IMG/VR virus record: IMGVR_UViG_3300036846_000608
Span: 1 to 42,730 of that record
Origin: a virus
DNA length: 42,730 nt
Direction: 5' to 3' (one strand)
Positions 7,532 to 15,171 of this stretch are shown piece after piece; position 1 is the stretch's first letter, and every line of letters begins with the position of its first letter. Below the pieces are notes generated by a model. The model saw nothing but the letters and a program-made list of their open reading frames with translations. It made no database searches and was not told the DNA's origin. A program made the position numbers and the translations under genes.

Positions 7532-7900
7532 ATGAACGTGCAGCAAAAGATTGATGCATCCAATGCCGCGCAGCGGGCCTTGGATGAGGCGTTCGAGGAC
7601 AACGCGTCACACCAGCGCAACAAGCTCGCGCCACGACAGGAGGTAACGCCGCCAACCTATGGAGGTCCGCAGCGCGATGCCATCAACTCCGTTGTCGACG
7701 GCATTATCGGCGACATCTGCGGCAGGATCGGCGATTTGCGGAAGACGCTCGACGACATCGAGCATCAGGTACTGCAGAGCGCGGCGAAGTCGAAGCATGC
7801 ATTGAACGAACACGTGTCAGTGTGTGTTCGCATCAACGACGAAATCCGCCACATGCAGGAAGTGGTCGCCGACCTCAAGGCCGAGAGCCATGAGCCTTAA
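7532..7900 (+). CDS. hypothetical 122-aa coiled-coil protein, first gene of the rightward operon
   Basis: MNVQQ start follows gaggggacgacc. An ATG at 7490 is also possible but has no SD. Confidence 0.7.
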   Translation: MNVQQKIDASNAAQRALDEAFEDNASHQRNKLAPRQEVTPPTYGGPQRDAINSVVDGIIGDICGRIGDLRKTLDDIEHQVLQSAAKSKHALNEHVSVCVRINDEIRHMQEVVADLKAESHEP

Positions 7901-8132
7901 CCTCGACAGGATGCTTTATCTGGTGATCTCGGACCACAAGGACGGGCCGATCATCTGGGAAATCCAACTCCACCGCATGGACCTGGTGCAGGTCACGAAA
8001 GATATCATGCATGGCCAGTACGATGGTGAGGTGCTGGCCGTGATCGAGATGAACCCCGAGGAAGGCATCTGCCGGGAGGTTACCAGTGATTTTGAAACGC
8101 TCCTCCCTGATCGAGACGCTGATCGCACATGA
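7890..8132 (+). CDS. hypothetical 80-aa protein
   Basis: The ATG overlaps the end of the previous gene. Good coding bias. Confidence 0.65.
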   Translation: MSLNLDRMLYLVISDHKDGPIIWEIQLHRMDLVQVTKDIMHGQYDGEVLAVIEMNPEEGICREVTSDFETLLPDRDADRT

Positions 8133-8301
8133 ATATGACGACCTGGTCGGCGCCATCGAGATCAATGTCGCCGAGGCACTGCTTCGGATCGCCGCCGCGA
8201 TTGAGCGCCTCGCTGCCGCCCAGGAGGCCAGCATGTTGCAGCACACAATCGAAAACGCCGATATTGTTCCAAAGGACAATGATGACGGCGGCCACGCATG
8301 A
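8086..8301 (+). CDS. hypothetical 71-aa protein (GTG start)
   Basis: GTG preceded by gggagg at 6 nt. Confidence 0.6.
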   Translation: MILKRSSLIETLIAHEYDDLVGAIEINVAEALLRIAAAIERLAAAQEASMLQHTIENADIVPKDNDDGGHA

Positions 8302-8522
8302 TGCCGCTCGACCAGTGGTGCTGGGAAATCGACCGCCATCTTGATCGGATCGAGGCCGGCGCCGACATGTGCCTGCGCCACGTCGAGCAATTGCCGCTGC
8401 GGCCCGGCTTTGAGAGCAAGGCTGAAGACGTGATGCGACGGTGCGAGAGCACGCTGCGGCAAGCGCTGATCACCGTGCGCCGGGCCAGGCAGGTCTACCA
8501 GCGGAAGGAGATCGGGACATGA
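8298..8522 (+). CDS. hypothetical 74-aa protein
   Basis: ATGA coupling with the upstream gene. Confidence 0.7.
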   Translation: MMPLDQWCWEIDRHLDRIEAGADMCLRHVEQLPLRPGFESKAEDVMRRCESTLRQALITVRRARQVYQRKEIGT

Positions 8523-8764
8523 CCGACGAGCCGCGCCGCATGCTGACCGTCACCCAGGTGCTGGAGATCGTACCGGTGCGGCGCACGACGCTTTTCAAGA
8601 TGGAGCGCGACGGCAAGTTTCCGGTCAGCCACTACGCCAGTCCGAACCGACGGTTCTGGTTCGCCGACGAGGTCGCCGCCTGGCAATTAAACTTACCGCC
8701 GAACCGTCGCATTACCCGCAAGCATGTTCAGGCCGGTTCACCCAACCACGAGGCTGGTGACTAG
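8519..8764 (+). CDS. AlpA/excisionase-family HTH protein (putative Xis or regulator)
   Basis: MLTVTQVLEIVPVRRTTLFKMERDGKFPVSHY..RRFWFADEVAAWQ is a classic AlpA/Xis pattern. ATGA coupling. Lies just upstream of int. Confidence 0.75.
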   Translation: MTDEPRRMLTVTQVLEIVPVRRTTLFKMERDGKFPVSHYASPNRRFWFADEVAAWQLNLPPNRRITRKHVQAGSPNHEAGD

Positions 8765-8780
8765 GGCCTATCTAGGGCCC
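8761..8780 (+). promoter_or_regulatory. two direct CTAGGGCC repeats 11 bp apart (candidate Int arm-type or Xis sites)
   Basis: ctagggcctatctagggccc read directly. A third copy lies at 9003-9010. Confidence 0.4.
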
Positions 8781-9002
8781 AGCGGTTTCCTGGCCTTTTT
8801 CGTTCCTTCCAGCAAAATTTAAAAAACCCCCGTCGTTATTGGCTTACTTGCATTTTTTGCGAGCGAGGAAATCACCTTGACCGCATCACAGAACGACAAT
8901 ACAATAATGTCAAGTTGAACCGGGATGAACAGACAAAGCCCTTTATAAATAGGCACTTCTCGGTAGGCTCGTTTAGACCGGTTCAGCCTGATTTCACCGT
9001 TT

Positions 9003-9010
9003 CTAGGGCC
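9003..9010 (+). promoter_or_regulatory. third CTAGGGCC copy, 33 bp upstream of the int start
   Basis: Read directly. Confidence 0.4.
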
Positions 9011-9042
9011 CGGCCCTACAACGCCAGCAAGGGGAAAAACCA

Positions 9043-10380
9043 ATGCCGAAGCTGATCACCACCAACCTGGTCACCACCAGGGTCGCCAAGCGGACCAAGG
9101 TCTACGACACCAAGTGCCCTGGCTTCTTCGCCAGCATCCTGCCGCCGAAGGGTGGCGCTGTCCGCGCGACGTTCTCGCTCAAATACTGGAACAAGAGCAG
9201 CCGCAAGCAGGAGCAGGTCGAGATCGGCGTCTATGATCCTGATGGATGGACCGTCGAACTCGCCCGTGGCCGGGCGCAAGACCTCAGTGCCCAGGCCAGC
9301 CGGGGCATCGATATCAAGAACGCCGTCAGGGTGCAGAAGACGATCAGCGGCGCGACCGTAGACAAGCTGATCGACGACTTCATCGCCGAGGTCAGCGCGC
9401 TGGAACGGAAGGCCGACGGCGAGAAGCGCCCGGTGCTCGAAAGCTGGAAAAACGTCGCGGGCTTTTTGAACAACGAGGTGCGCCCCGCCATCGGCTGGAT
9501 GGCTTGCACCGATGTCACCAACAACGAGATCGCCGCGATCCAGCAGAACATCGCCAAGCGTTCGATCAGTGGCGCGCGGCAGACCCGCAGCGCCATGAAG
9601 CGCCTATTCTCCTTCGGCGCCGAGGCCGGTCGCCTCTACGGCCTGGCCTCGAGCCCGGTTCACAATCTTCCCAAACTCAGACCGGAGCATCCGCGCCGGC
9701 GCGTTCTCGACGTCGATGAAATTCGCACTCTGTGGTGGGGCCTCGATCGCCCCGATCTGCCCGTCACCAGGGCAGTCGCCCTCGGCATCAAGTTCGAACT
9801 GGTCACGATGCTCCGCACCAAAGAATTTCGCGGCGCTCGCCGCTCCTTCATTGCCGGCTACGGTACTGCGAAGCCGGTGCTCCGCGTTCCACTCAAGTTC
9901 GTGAAAAAGCGCCGCGTGATCGAACAACCGCTCAACGGCCTGGCCGTCGAGATCGTCGACGAGGCCGTCGCCTCGCATTCCAACGACGTGATCTTCTCGC
10001 CCCGCTCGCTCGACCCCGATGCGGAGTTGACCCGCAACGCATTCAGCCATGCTCTGGTCGGGAAGAAAGACAAGAAAGGCAAGACTACGCGCGTGGGGAT
10101 TATCGAGTTTCTGGGCATGAAACATTTCACGCCGCACGACCTGCGCCGCACCGCCGCCTCGTTGTGTGGTGACATTGGTCTCAGTGACGCCCAGATCGCG
10201 AAATGCCTCGACCATCAGAAGGGCGCTGGCGAGAACGTCGCGGAGACGCCGAGTGTCACCGGGCGGGTCTATGTGCAGTCGAAACGGCTCGATGAGAAGC
10301 GCACCGTCCTCGATGCGCTCGACAAGGCGCTACGTGAGATCATCGGCAAGTCGCCCAGGAAGCTGCGCCTGGTTGCCTGA
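9043..10380 (+). CDS. int: tyrosine integrase, P4-like, with an N-terminal arm-binding (DUF4102-like) domain
   Basis: C-terminal HFTPHDLRRTAAS ... LDHQ ... GRVY catalytic pattern (R..HxxR..Y). N-terminal VYDTKCPGFFASI...FSLKYW. 445 aa. Confidence 0.9.
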   Translation: MPKLITTNLVTTRVAKRTKVYDTKCPGFFASILPPKGGAVRATFSLKYWNKSSRKQEQVEIGVYDPDGWTVELARGRAQDLSAQASRGIDIKNAVRVQKTISGATVDKLIDDFIAEVSALERKADGEKRPVLESWKNVAGFLNNEVRPAIGWMACTDVTNNEIAAIQQNIAKRSISGARQTRSAMKRLFSFGAEAGRLYGLASSPVHNLPKLRPEHPRRRVLDVDEIRTLWWGLDRPDLPVTRAVALGIKFELVTMLRTKEFRGARRSFIAGYGTAKPVLRVPLKFVKKRRVIEQPLNGLAVEIVDEAVASHSNDVIFSPRSLDPDAELTRNAFSHALVGKKDKKGKTTRVGIIEFLGMKHFTPHDLRRTAASLCGDIGLSDAQIAKCLDHQKGAGENVAETPSVTGRVYVQSKRLDEKRTVLDALDKALREIIGKSPRKLRLVA

Positions 10381-10414
10381 AGACGTCCAGGCGAACTGAC
10401 CTAAGCCTTTGAGA

Positions 10415-10452
10415 GGCCGGGCGATGTGGATCGCCCGGCTTCTTGTCCTTTG
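10415..10452 (+). terminator. rho-independent terminator after int
   Basis: GGCCGGGCGA-tgtgga-TCGCCCGGCt stem followed by tcttgtccttt. Confidence 0.65.
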
Positions 10453-10459
10453 GGGCACG

Positions 10460-10488
10460 TTGACGCCAGCAGCACTATTCCGTAGGTT
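10460..10488 (+). promoter_or_regulatory. sigma70-like promoter candidate TTGACG-N17-TAGGTT for the cargo operon
   Basis: Read directly. Lies 33 nt upstream of the ATG at 10521. Confidence 0.4.
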
Positions 10489-10520
10489 CCGTCGCACTTA
10501 TTCAGCAAAGGGGAAATTTA

Positions 10521-11210
10521 ATGCCAAAGCCACCACCGGTTGACTACTTTCGGATCACCTGCGTCTCTTCCAAGGAGGCTCTGGGCGAGACCGTCGCCGC
10601 CTTGATCAAACTCGGTCACACCGACATCCACCACGAACTCGTCACCGACGTCAGAGCGTTTGCGAGAAATTCAAAACCAGAAATTTCCTCGCGAGAATTG
10701 CTGACGGCCTGGGTCCAAGATCATCCGACCTTCGGAGCCATCGAGGCGGTGAAATATTTCCGCGAGCAGGGTCGCACCAACAACTCAGCCTATCCGGCGA
10801 TCGGCGACCTGGTCGAGAAGGGCATCTTGAAAAAACTCGGCCCTGGGCGCTATGCCCGCGCCGATGTCAAGCATCTCGCCGCCCCGAAGCAGAAGACTCG
10901 AGCCAAGACGTCGCCCAAGACTTTCGAAAAGACCGCCGAGGAGGTTCTGCTGTCTTATGCCAAACGTAATCACGGTCGTCTCAACACCGCCAGGCTGACC
11001 GAGTTCTTCACCAAGGAAGGTCGTTCCAAGGCTTCGGTCTATACTGCGCTGCATGTTCTGGTGAACCGCAAGCAGATCAAACGGGTCGGCGATGCGGGGT
11101 CGGGACAGTACGTTCTTCTGAACGGGCCTGCGAAGAAGCTGGCAGCAAAGAAGAAGCCCGCAGTGTCGGCAACAAAGACCAATGGCGGCGCGGAGGTGAC
11201 CCATGGCTAG
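10521..11210 (+). CDS. protein with two winged-helix-like repeats (candidate repressor or regulator), Lys-rich tail
   Basis: 229 aa. Two segments end ..GILKKLGPGRYARAD and ..RKQIKRVGDAGSGQYVLLNG, typical of wHTH wings. SD caaaggggaa. Confidence 0.7.
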   Translation: MPKPPPVDYFRITCVSSKEALGETVAALIKLGHTDIHHELVTDVRAFARNSKPEISSRELLTAWVQDHPTFGAIEAVKYFREQGRTNNSAYPAIGDLVEKGILKKLGPGRYARADVKHLAAPKQKTRAKTSPKTFEKTAEEVLLSYAKRNHGRLNTARLTEFFTKEGRSKASVYTALHVLVNRKQIKRVGDAGSGQYVLLNGPAKKLAAKKKPAVSATKTNGGAEVTHG

Positions 11211-11562
11211 TGCGAGAGGATGGGCGTCGAGAAGCTATAACTTCATCGACAAAGACCCCGAGATTGATGTGTTCAGAACGCTCTGGCAGCGGGAGCGCAT
11301 CAAGGAAGCCGATCTCGCAGTGCTCGCCGGCCTCGCGGTTGCCACCGTCAAGAACATGTTCGGCGGCGAGACCCGACGACCCGCCCACACCACCTACGCC
11401 AAGATGGCGGGTGCGATGGGCTACACTTACAAGGCGGTGCGCGACGATACTCCTGACTACCAGAGCGAACTTCCCAAGGCGCGCGAGGAGTTCAAAGCGC
11501 ACAAGGCGGCGCTCGCCAGGAAGCGGGCGCGCATGAACGGCAAGAGGAAGAAGAATGAGTGA
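11203..11562 (+). CDS. HTH-like small protein with a basic tail
   Basis: SD ggaggtgaccc. ADLAVLAGLAVATVKNMFGGETRRP is HTH-like. Overlaps the neighbouring genes. Confidence 0.7.
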   Translation: MASARGWASRSYNFIDKDPEIDVFRTLWQRERIKEADLAVLAGLAVATVKNMFGGETRRPAHTTYAKMAGAMGYTYKAVRDDTPDYQSELPKAREEFKAHKAALARKRARMNGKRKKNE

Positions 11563-12202
11563 ATTGAACGAGCGTATCCGCGACATCCCGATCCCGCCGC
11601 GCATGGCGCGGCTGCCGATCTCCGCAACCGGCTACCCTGTGCCGAAATTCGTGCACTGGGAAAATGGCGCGCCCGACTTCCGGGTGATCGAGCCGGGCTT
11701 TGTCGCGAAATGTTTTAACGCGCGGCTGTGCTGGCTGTGCGGCCAGCCGATGGGAAAATTTTTGACGTTTGTGATCGGGCCGATGTGCGCGGTCAACAGA
11801 GTGTCGAGCGAGCCGCCATCACACCGCGAGTGTGCGCTGTATGCGGTGCAGGCCTGTCCGTTCCTGTCGCAGCCGCGCATGCGCCGCAACGAAAAAGACA
11901 TGCCCGAAGACGGCTATACCGTAGGCAATGCGGTGATGCACAACCCCGGCGTCTCGCTGGTCTACACCTGCCACAGCTATCACCCGGTCAGCGATGGTCG
12001 CGGTGGTACGTTGTTCGAACTGGACAAGCCGGTCGCCTGCGAATTTTATCGGGAGCGCCACCCGGCCAGTCGCGACGAGGTGTTGGGCGCCATCAACAAG
12101 GGATTACCGATCCTGAAGGACATGGCCCAGAGCGAAGGCCGCGAAGCCGTTGACGAACTAAACCGGCGCATCCGCGATGCGATGGAGCTAATACCAGCAT
12201 GA
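11555..12202 (+). CDS. Cys-rich protein of unknown function
   Basis: 215 aa. CWLCGQP...GPMCAVNRVSSEPPSHRECALYAVQACPFL suggests metal ligands. SD aagaggaag. Confidence 0.8.
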   Translation: MSELNERIRDIPIPPRMARLPISATGYPVPKFVHWENGAPDFRVIEPGFVAKCFNARLCWLCGQPMGKFLTFVIGPMCAVNRVSSEPPSHRECALYAVQACPFLSQPRMRRNEKDMPEDGYTVGNAVMHNPGVSLVYTCHSYHPVSDGRGGTLFELDKPVACEFYRERHPASRDEVLGAINKGLPILKDMAQSEGREAVDELNRRIRDAMELIPA

Positions 12203-12375
12203 GCCAAGTTCTCCTGGTCGCGCTGTTCGCATTGGTGATGCTCGCCAACGTCTTTGTGTTAGTGCGGCACTGGCAGATGATGCGGATGATGCACTTTCTC
12301 CTGACGAACCTGATCGAAAGCCAAAAGCAATTCAACGAGATCATGGAAGCAGAGCAGCGGAAGCGAACGCCATGA
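12199..12375 (+). CDS. 58-aa single-pass membrane protein (below ORF-track cutoff)
   Basis: MSQVLLVALFALVMLANVFVLV... ATGA overlaps at both ends fit it exactly between the neighbouring genes. Confidence 0.6.
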   Translation: MSQVLLVALFALVMLANVFVLVRHWQMMRMMHFLLTNLIESQKQFNEIMEAEQRKRTP

Positions 12376-12698
12376 GCTATGTGATCCGGCAAATCCACCC
12401 GCCCGGCAAATCGGCCCGCGCCGACGAAGCCAACACCGTCGCGCTCACCAAAGCCGCTGCGCTGGGCGAACTGGTGTACGGCGACTATCTCGAATGGTCG
12501 GACCCCAACGCCAACTGGGGCCGCGGCGATGACCGCTGGACCCACGACCTCGCCAAGGCCAAACGCTTCGCCAGTTTCGAAGAGGCCAGCAAATGCTGGA
12601 AGGCGCAAAGCACGATCCGGCCCTATCGCGACGACGGCAAACCCAACCGACCGATGACCGCCTATAGTGTTTCGATCGAGCAGGCACCGGGCACATGA
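12372..12698 (+). CDS. hypothetical 108-aa protein
   Basis: ATGA coupling on both sides. Coding bias present. Confidence 0.8.
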   Translation: MSYVIRQIHPPGKSARADEANTVALTKAAALGELVYGDYLEWSDPNANWGRGDDRWTHDLAKAKRFASFEEASKCWKAQSTIRPYRDDGKPNRPMTAYSVSIEQAPGT

Positions 12699-12970
12699 CC
12701 GGCATGGCCGACATGCTCGAGACACTGGCGATGGCGATCGAGAGCCGTGGCATCAAAAACCACAACGAGACCTTCGTCCTCAACCTGGCGCAGCGCGAAT
12801 GGATATCGACCTCGCTGCGCCATGAGGCGACCCGGTTGCGGGAGAAATCCGCCTGGAATGTTGCCATTAAAGAATACGCAGAATTTCGAGATGATGAATA
12901 TATAGATCGTTCTGAATTGATAAGCGCAGGATTGCTGCGTCGTCTCTCGTTCGAGAAGCCCAAAAAATAA
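12695..12970 (+). CDS. hypothetical 91-aa protein (AT-richer 3' half)
   Basis: ATGA coupling upstream. Last gene of the coupled series. Confidence 0.7.
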   Translation: MTGMADMLETLAMAIESRGIKNHNETFVLNLAQREWISTSLRHEATRLREKSAWNVAIKEYAEFRDDEYIDRSELISAGLLRRLSFEKPKK

Positions 12971-13177
12971 TTTTTGGCGATCCGTGCATCGATGCCGCAG
13001 GCACTTCTTGCATCTGCAGCAATGAAATCAATGCGACTTGTGCCTGATACTCCCCAAGTCAACCCCCTCTCGGCACGATAGAAACCGTTGCGGCACAGGG
13101 CTAACTTACAACGCGATCAGACAAGATCGAAAAAACCGTGGACCCCTCATGCTAGGATGTCTCCACTCAAACGAAAA

Positions 13178-13210
13178 GCCCCGCGCCCGACCGAAGTCGG
13201 AACGCGGGGC
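13178..13210 (-). terminator. strong GC hairpin with a U-tract on the minus strand only
   Basis: GCCCCGCG-c-CCGAC-cgaa-GTCGG-aa-CGCGGGGC. The plus strand is preceded by cgaaaa, which reads uuuucg after the hairpin on the minus strand. Confidence 0.5.
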
Positions 13211-13238
13211 ACCCCTACAAGCAACAGGAGACTATACC

Positions 13239-13655
13239 ATGAATAAACTCGAAGCCAACGCCATCGCACTGAAGAGGTGGCGCACCAGACTGAAGCGGGC
13301 GCTGACCGCGATCGACAAGCTGGAACGACAGCGCAAGCGGTTAGAGACCAGGGCGCGCAACGATCTCGCCATCGCCCCTGTCGGCAGCAAGCCACCGGCG
13401 CCCAAGCCTTTGCCGGTGGAGAGCCTGCTCGATGGGCTCGACAAACTTGCGCCCGCCGACGACCTGGCGATCCCGACCTTCTTGCAACGCCGGAAACTCG
13501 ACCCGGTCGCGGAGCAGATCAAGAGCGAGCAGGAAGAGACCAAGCGCAAGAAGGCGCAGGGCCGCATTGCCAAGATGAAGGCGAAGGCGCGCGGCGATCT
13601 CAAGAAGATGCCGCTGACCGGCAAGGCGGCGCTGGAGGCGATCCGCCAGGGTTGA
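13239..13655 (+). CDS. coiled-coil / Lys-rich 138-aa protein carrying a DDLAIPTFLQRR motif
   Basis: MNKLE start follows caggagactatacc. The longer track ORF from TTG 13038 would run through the hairpin. Confidence 0.7.
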   Translation: MNKLEANAIALKRWRTRLKRALTAIDKLERQRKRLETRARNDLAIAPVGSKPPAPKPLPVESLLDGLDKLAPADDLAIPTFLQRRKLDPVAEQIKSEQEETKRKKAQGRIAKMKAKARGDLKKMPLTGKAALEAIRQG

Positions 13656-13698
13656 TCAACAGCCCTTGCAAATCGGTGGCGGCGGCGGCAGTGGCGGA

Positions 13699-13926
13699 TC
13701 AGTGTCCGAGGCGGGGAAAGTGGATGTCGCCGCCGCCTCCTGCGATCAGCGACAACAGAGCTATCAGCACCAGGATCAGGACAATCAGCCACACCGCCTG
13801 CTCGACCCGAGGCGGGATCGGGATCGCCATCACCGAGCGTAAAACATAAAATACAAAATAAATCACCGCGCAAATGATGATGACGCCGATGAGTATCCAC
13901 AGAAGACTGATTGCAATCGAGATCAT
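13699..13926 (-). CDS. two-TM small membrane protein, holin candidate
   Basis: 75 aa with two hydrophobic spans (ISLLWILIGVIIICAVIYFVFYVL and VWLIVLILVLIALLSLIA). SD aggaggcgacc. Last late gene, next to the endolysin. Confidence 0.65.
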   Translation of the reverse strand: MISIAISLLWILIGVIIICAVIYFVFYVLRSVMAIPIPPRVEQAVWLIVLILVLIALLSLIAGGGGDIHFPRLGH

Positions 13927-13940
13927 GGTCGCCTCCTAAT

Positions 13941-14027
13941 TTACGGGCACACCGGCACCCAGATCGCAGCCGCCACCACCAGTGCCGTGATGCCGAGGAC
14001 GGCGATGACCACCCACTGCCCGCTCAT
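13941..14027 (-). CDS. 28-aa single-TM peptide (below ORF-track cutoff), lysis-cassette member
   Basis: MSGQWVVIAVLGITALVVAAAIWVPVCP. Its ATG overlaps the endolysin stop (ATGA). Confidence 0.5.
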   Translation of the reverse strand: MSGQWVVIAVLGITALVVAAAIWVPVCP

Positions 14028-14950
14028 GCGATGAACTGCCAGTCTACGGTCCCCATACCATCAATGCCGAGCGCCCTGGCCAGCGCAGGGCTCAAATCGA
14101 TGCCGGCGCCGTTGGTGGTGCGCCCGGTCATGTCGGTGCCGCTCTCGGCCTGCGGTCGCTCGCCCGTGACCCAGTAGGGGTCATCGATATTCCAGGGACC
14201 GACGTCCCAGATTTCAGAAACCTCTGTCGCGCCAGTCTCGCGATTGATCACCAGCACTCGCGGTCGCACACTCTCGAAGCGATCCGGCAGAGCGATGTAG
14301 AAACTGTCGTCATCCAGTACCTTGGTTTCATCGTAGGCCGAGACGTTGTAGTCATCCTCACCGCCGAATACGGATGCAGTGATCCGCTTTTGGTTGTCGG
14401 GAATGCCGTCGTTGTCCCGCACCAGCACGTCACCGTCCAGGGTCAGCACCAGTGCCGCCGCGATCAGCCGGCAGACTGCCTTGAACCGTTGCTGATATAA
14501 CGTGGAGTCTGCCTCGCTGTCGACGAAGCACACCTCAACCAGGATCGCCGGCGCCTCGGTATTGTTGAGAAAATACAGATCGTCACGATATTTGGCGCCG
14601 CGATTGATGAAGCCTGCCTTGGCAATGGCGTTGACGACATGCGCGGCGTGGTTGGCCGCCGTCAGGTACAACACCTCGGTGCCCATCGGTTTGTCGGTGG
14701 GGGTGTAGGCGTTGAAATGTACGGAAACGTCGAGATCGCGCGGCTGCTGATTATGATACTCGACGATGGTCTCCAGGTTGTCGCTCTGCGTGGTCGAGAC
14801 GTCGTCGTGAAACGACTGCACACCGAAGCCATGCTTTTCTAATAGATCGGCCACGGCCTCGACCACCTTTCTGCTTTCGTCGACTTCGTCGAGGAAACCG
14901 CTGGCGCCGCGCACCTGCAGGCCATGGCCGGAACTGATCACAATCCTCAT
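14024..14950 (-). CDS. endolysin: N-acetylmuramoyl-L-alanine amidase (Amidase_3-like) with a C-terminal RlpA/DPBB-like domain
   Basis: MRIVISSGHG...DVSVHFNA...GTEVLY...PAILVEVCFVDS is an amidase_3 pattern. The C-terminus VFGGEDD...VINRETG...VSEIWDVGPW...GIDLSPALARALG resembles a double-psi beta-barrel. Start follows gagggagcacca. Confidence 0.75.
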   Translation of the reverse strand: MRIVISSGHGLQVRGASGFLDEVDESRKVVEAVADLLEKHGFGVQSFHDDVSTTQSDNLETIVEYHNQQPRDLDVSVHFNAYTPTDKPMGTEVLYLTAANHAAHVVNAIAKAGFINRGAKYRDDLYFLNNTEAPAILVEVCFVDSEADSTLYQQRFKAVCRLIAAALVLTLDGDVLVRDNDGIPDNQKRITASVFGGEDDYNVSAYDETKVLDDDSFYIALPDRFESVRPRVLVINRETGATEVSEIWDVGPWNIDDPYWVTGERPQAESGTDMTGRTTNGAGIDLSPALARALGIDGMGTVDWQFIA

Positions 14951-15171
14951 TGGTGCTCCCTCAACAGTTTGCGAACGGTTTCGCAGTCCTCGACCACGGC
15001 AACAAACTTGCCGTCGGCGAGGTTGAGCAGGCATTTGGCCTGCTCGGTGAAATGCTGGTTCTTCTCGCCTGGTGCGCCGCGCATGGTCGTCACCGTATCC
15101 GGGTGGACATAGACCGCGCCGCCGTTCGGATCGTGCAGCAACACTAGCTCAAGTGCCAGCAACGATATCAT
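14947..15171 (-). CDS. hypothetical 74-aa protein
   Basis: The internal ATG of the track ORF abuts the fibre-gene stop. ATGA overlap with the endolysin start. Confidence 0.6.
   Translation of the reverse strand: MISLLALELVLLHDPNGGAVYVHPDTVTTMRGAPGEKNQHFTEQAKCLLNLADGKFVAVVEDCETVRKLLREHQ

Noticed and set aside
7295-7546. 83-aa minus-strand ORF in the divergent control region, considered as a possible CI-like repressor.
   Set aside because: It is AT-rich without coding bias, has no HTH pattern, overlaps the start of the rightward operon, and spans the palindromic operator candidates.
8819-9043. 74-aa minus-strand ORF in the xis-int spacer.
   Set aside because: It has low-complexity AT-rich sequence, no SD and no coding bias. 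The region is better explained as attP with arm sites.
12961-12978. Hairpin ccaaaaa-ataa-tttttgg at the end of the cargo operon, considered as a terminator.
   Set aside because: The stem is entirely A/T and very weak, and no U-tract follows. It was noted only as a possible pause site.
13232-13900. 222-aa minus-strand ORF overlapping 13239..13655.
   Set aside because: The translation is Arg/Ser/Ala-rich junk. The plus frame has an SD, coding bias and a sensible coiled-coil sequence.
13894-13901. DnaA-box-like TATCCACA.
   Set aside because: It is a single 8-mer inside the holin-candidate coding sequence, far from the replication genes, and is compatible with chance.
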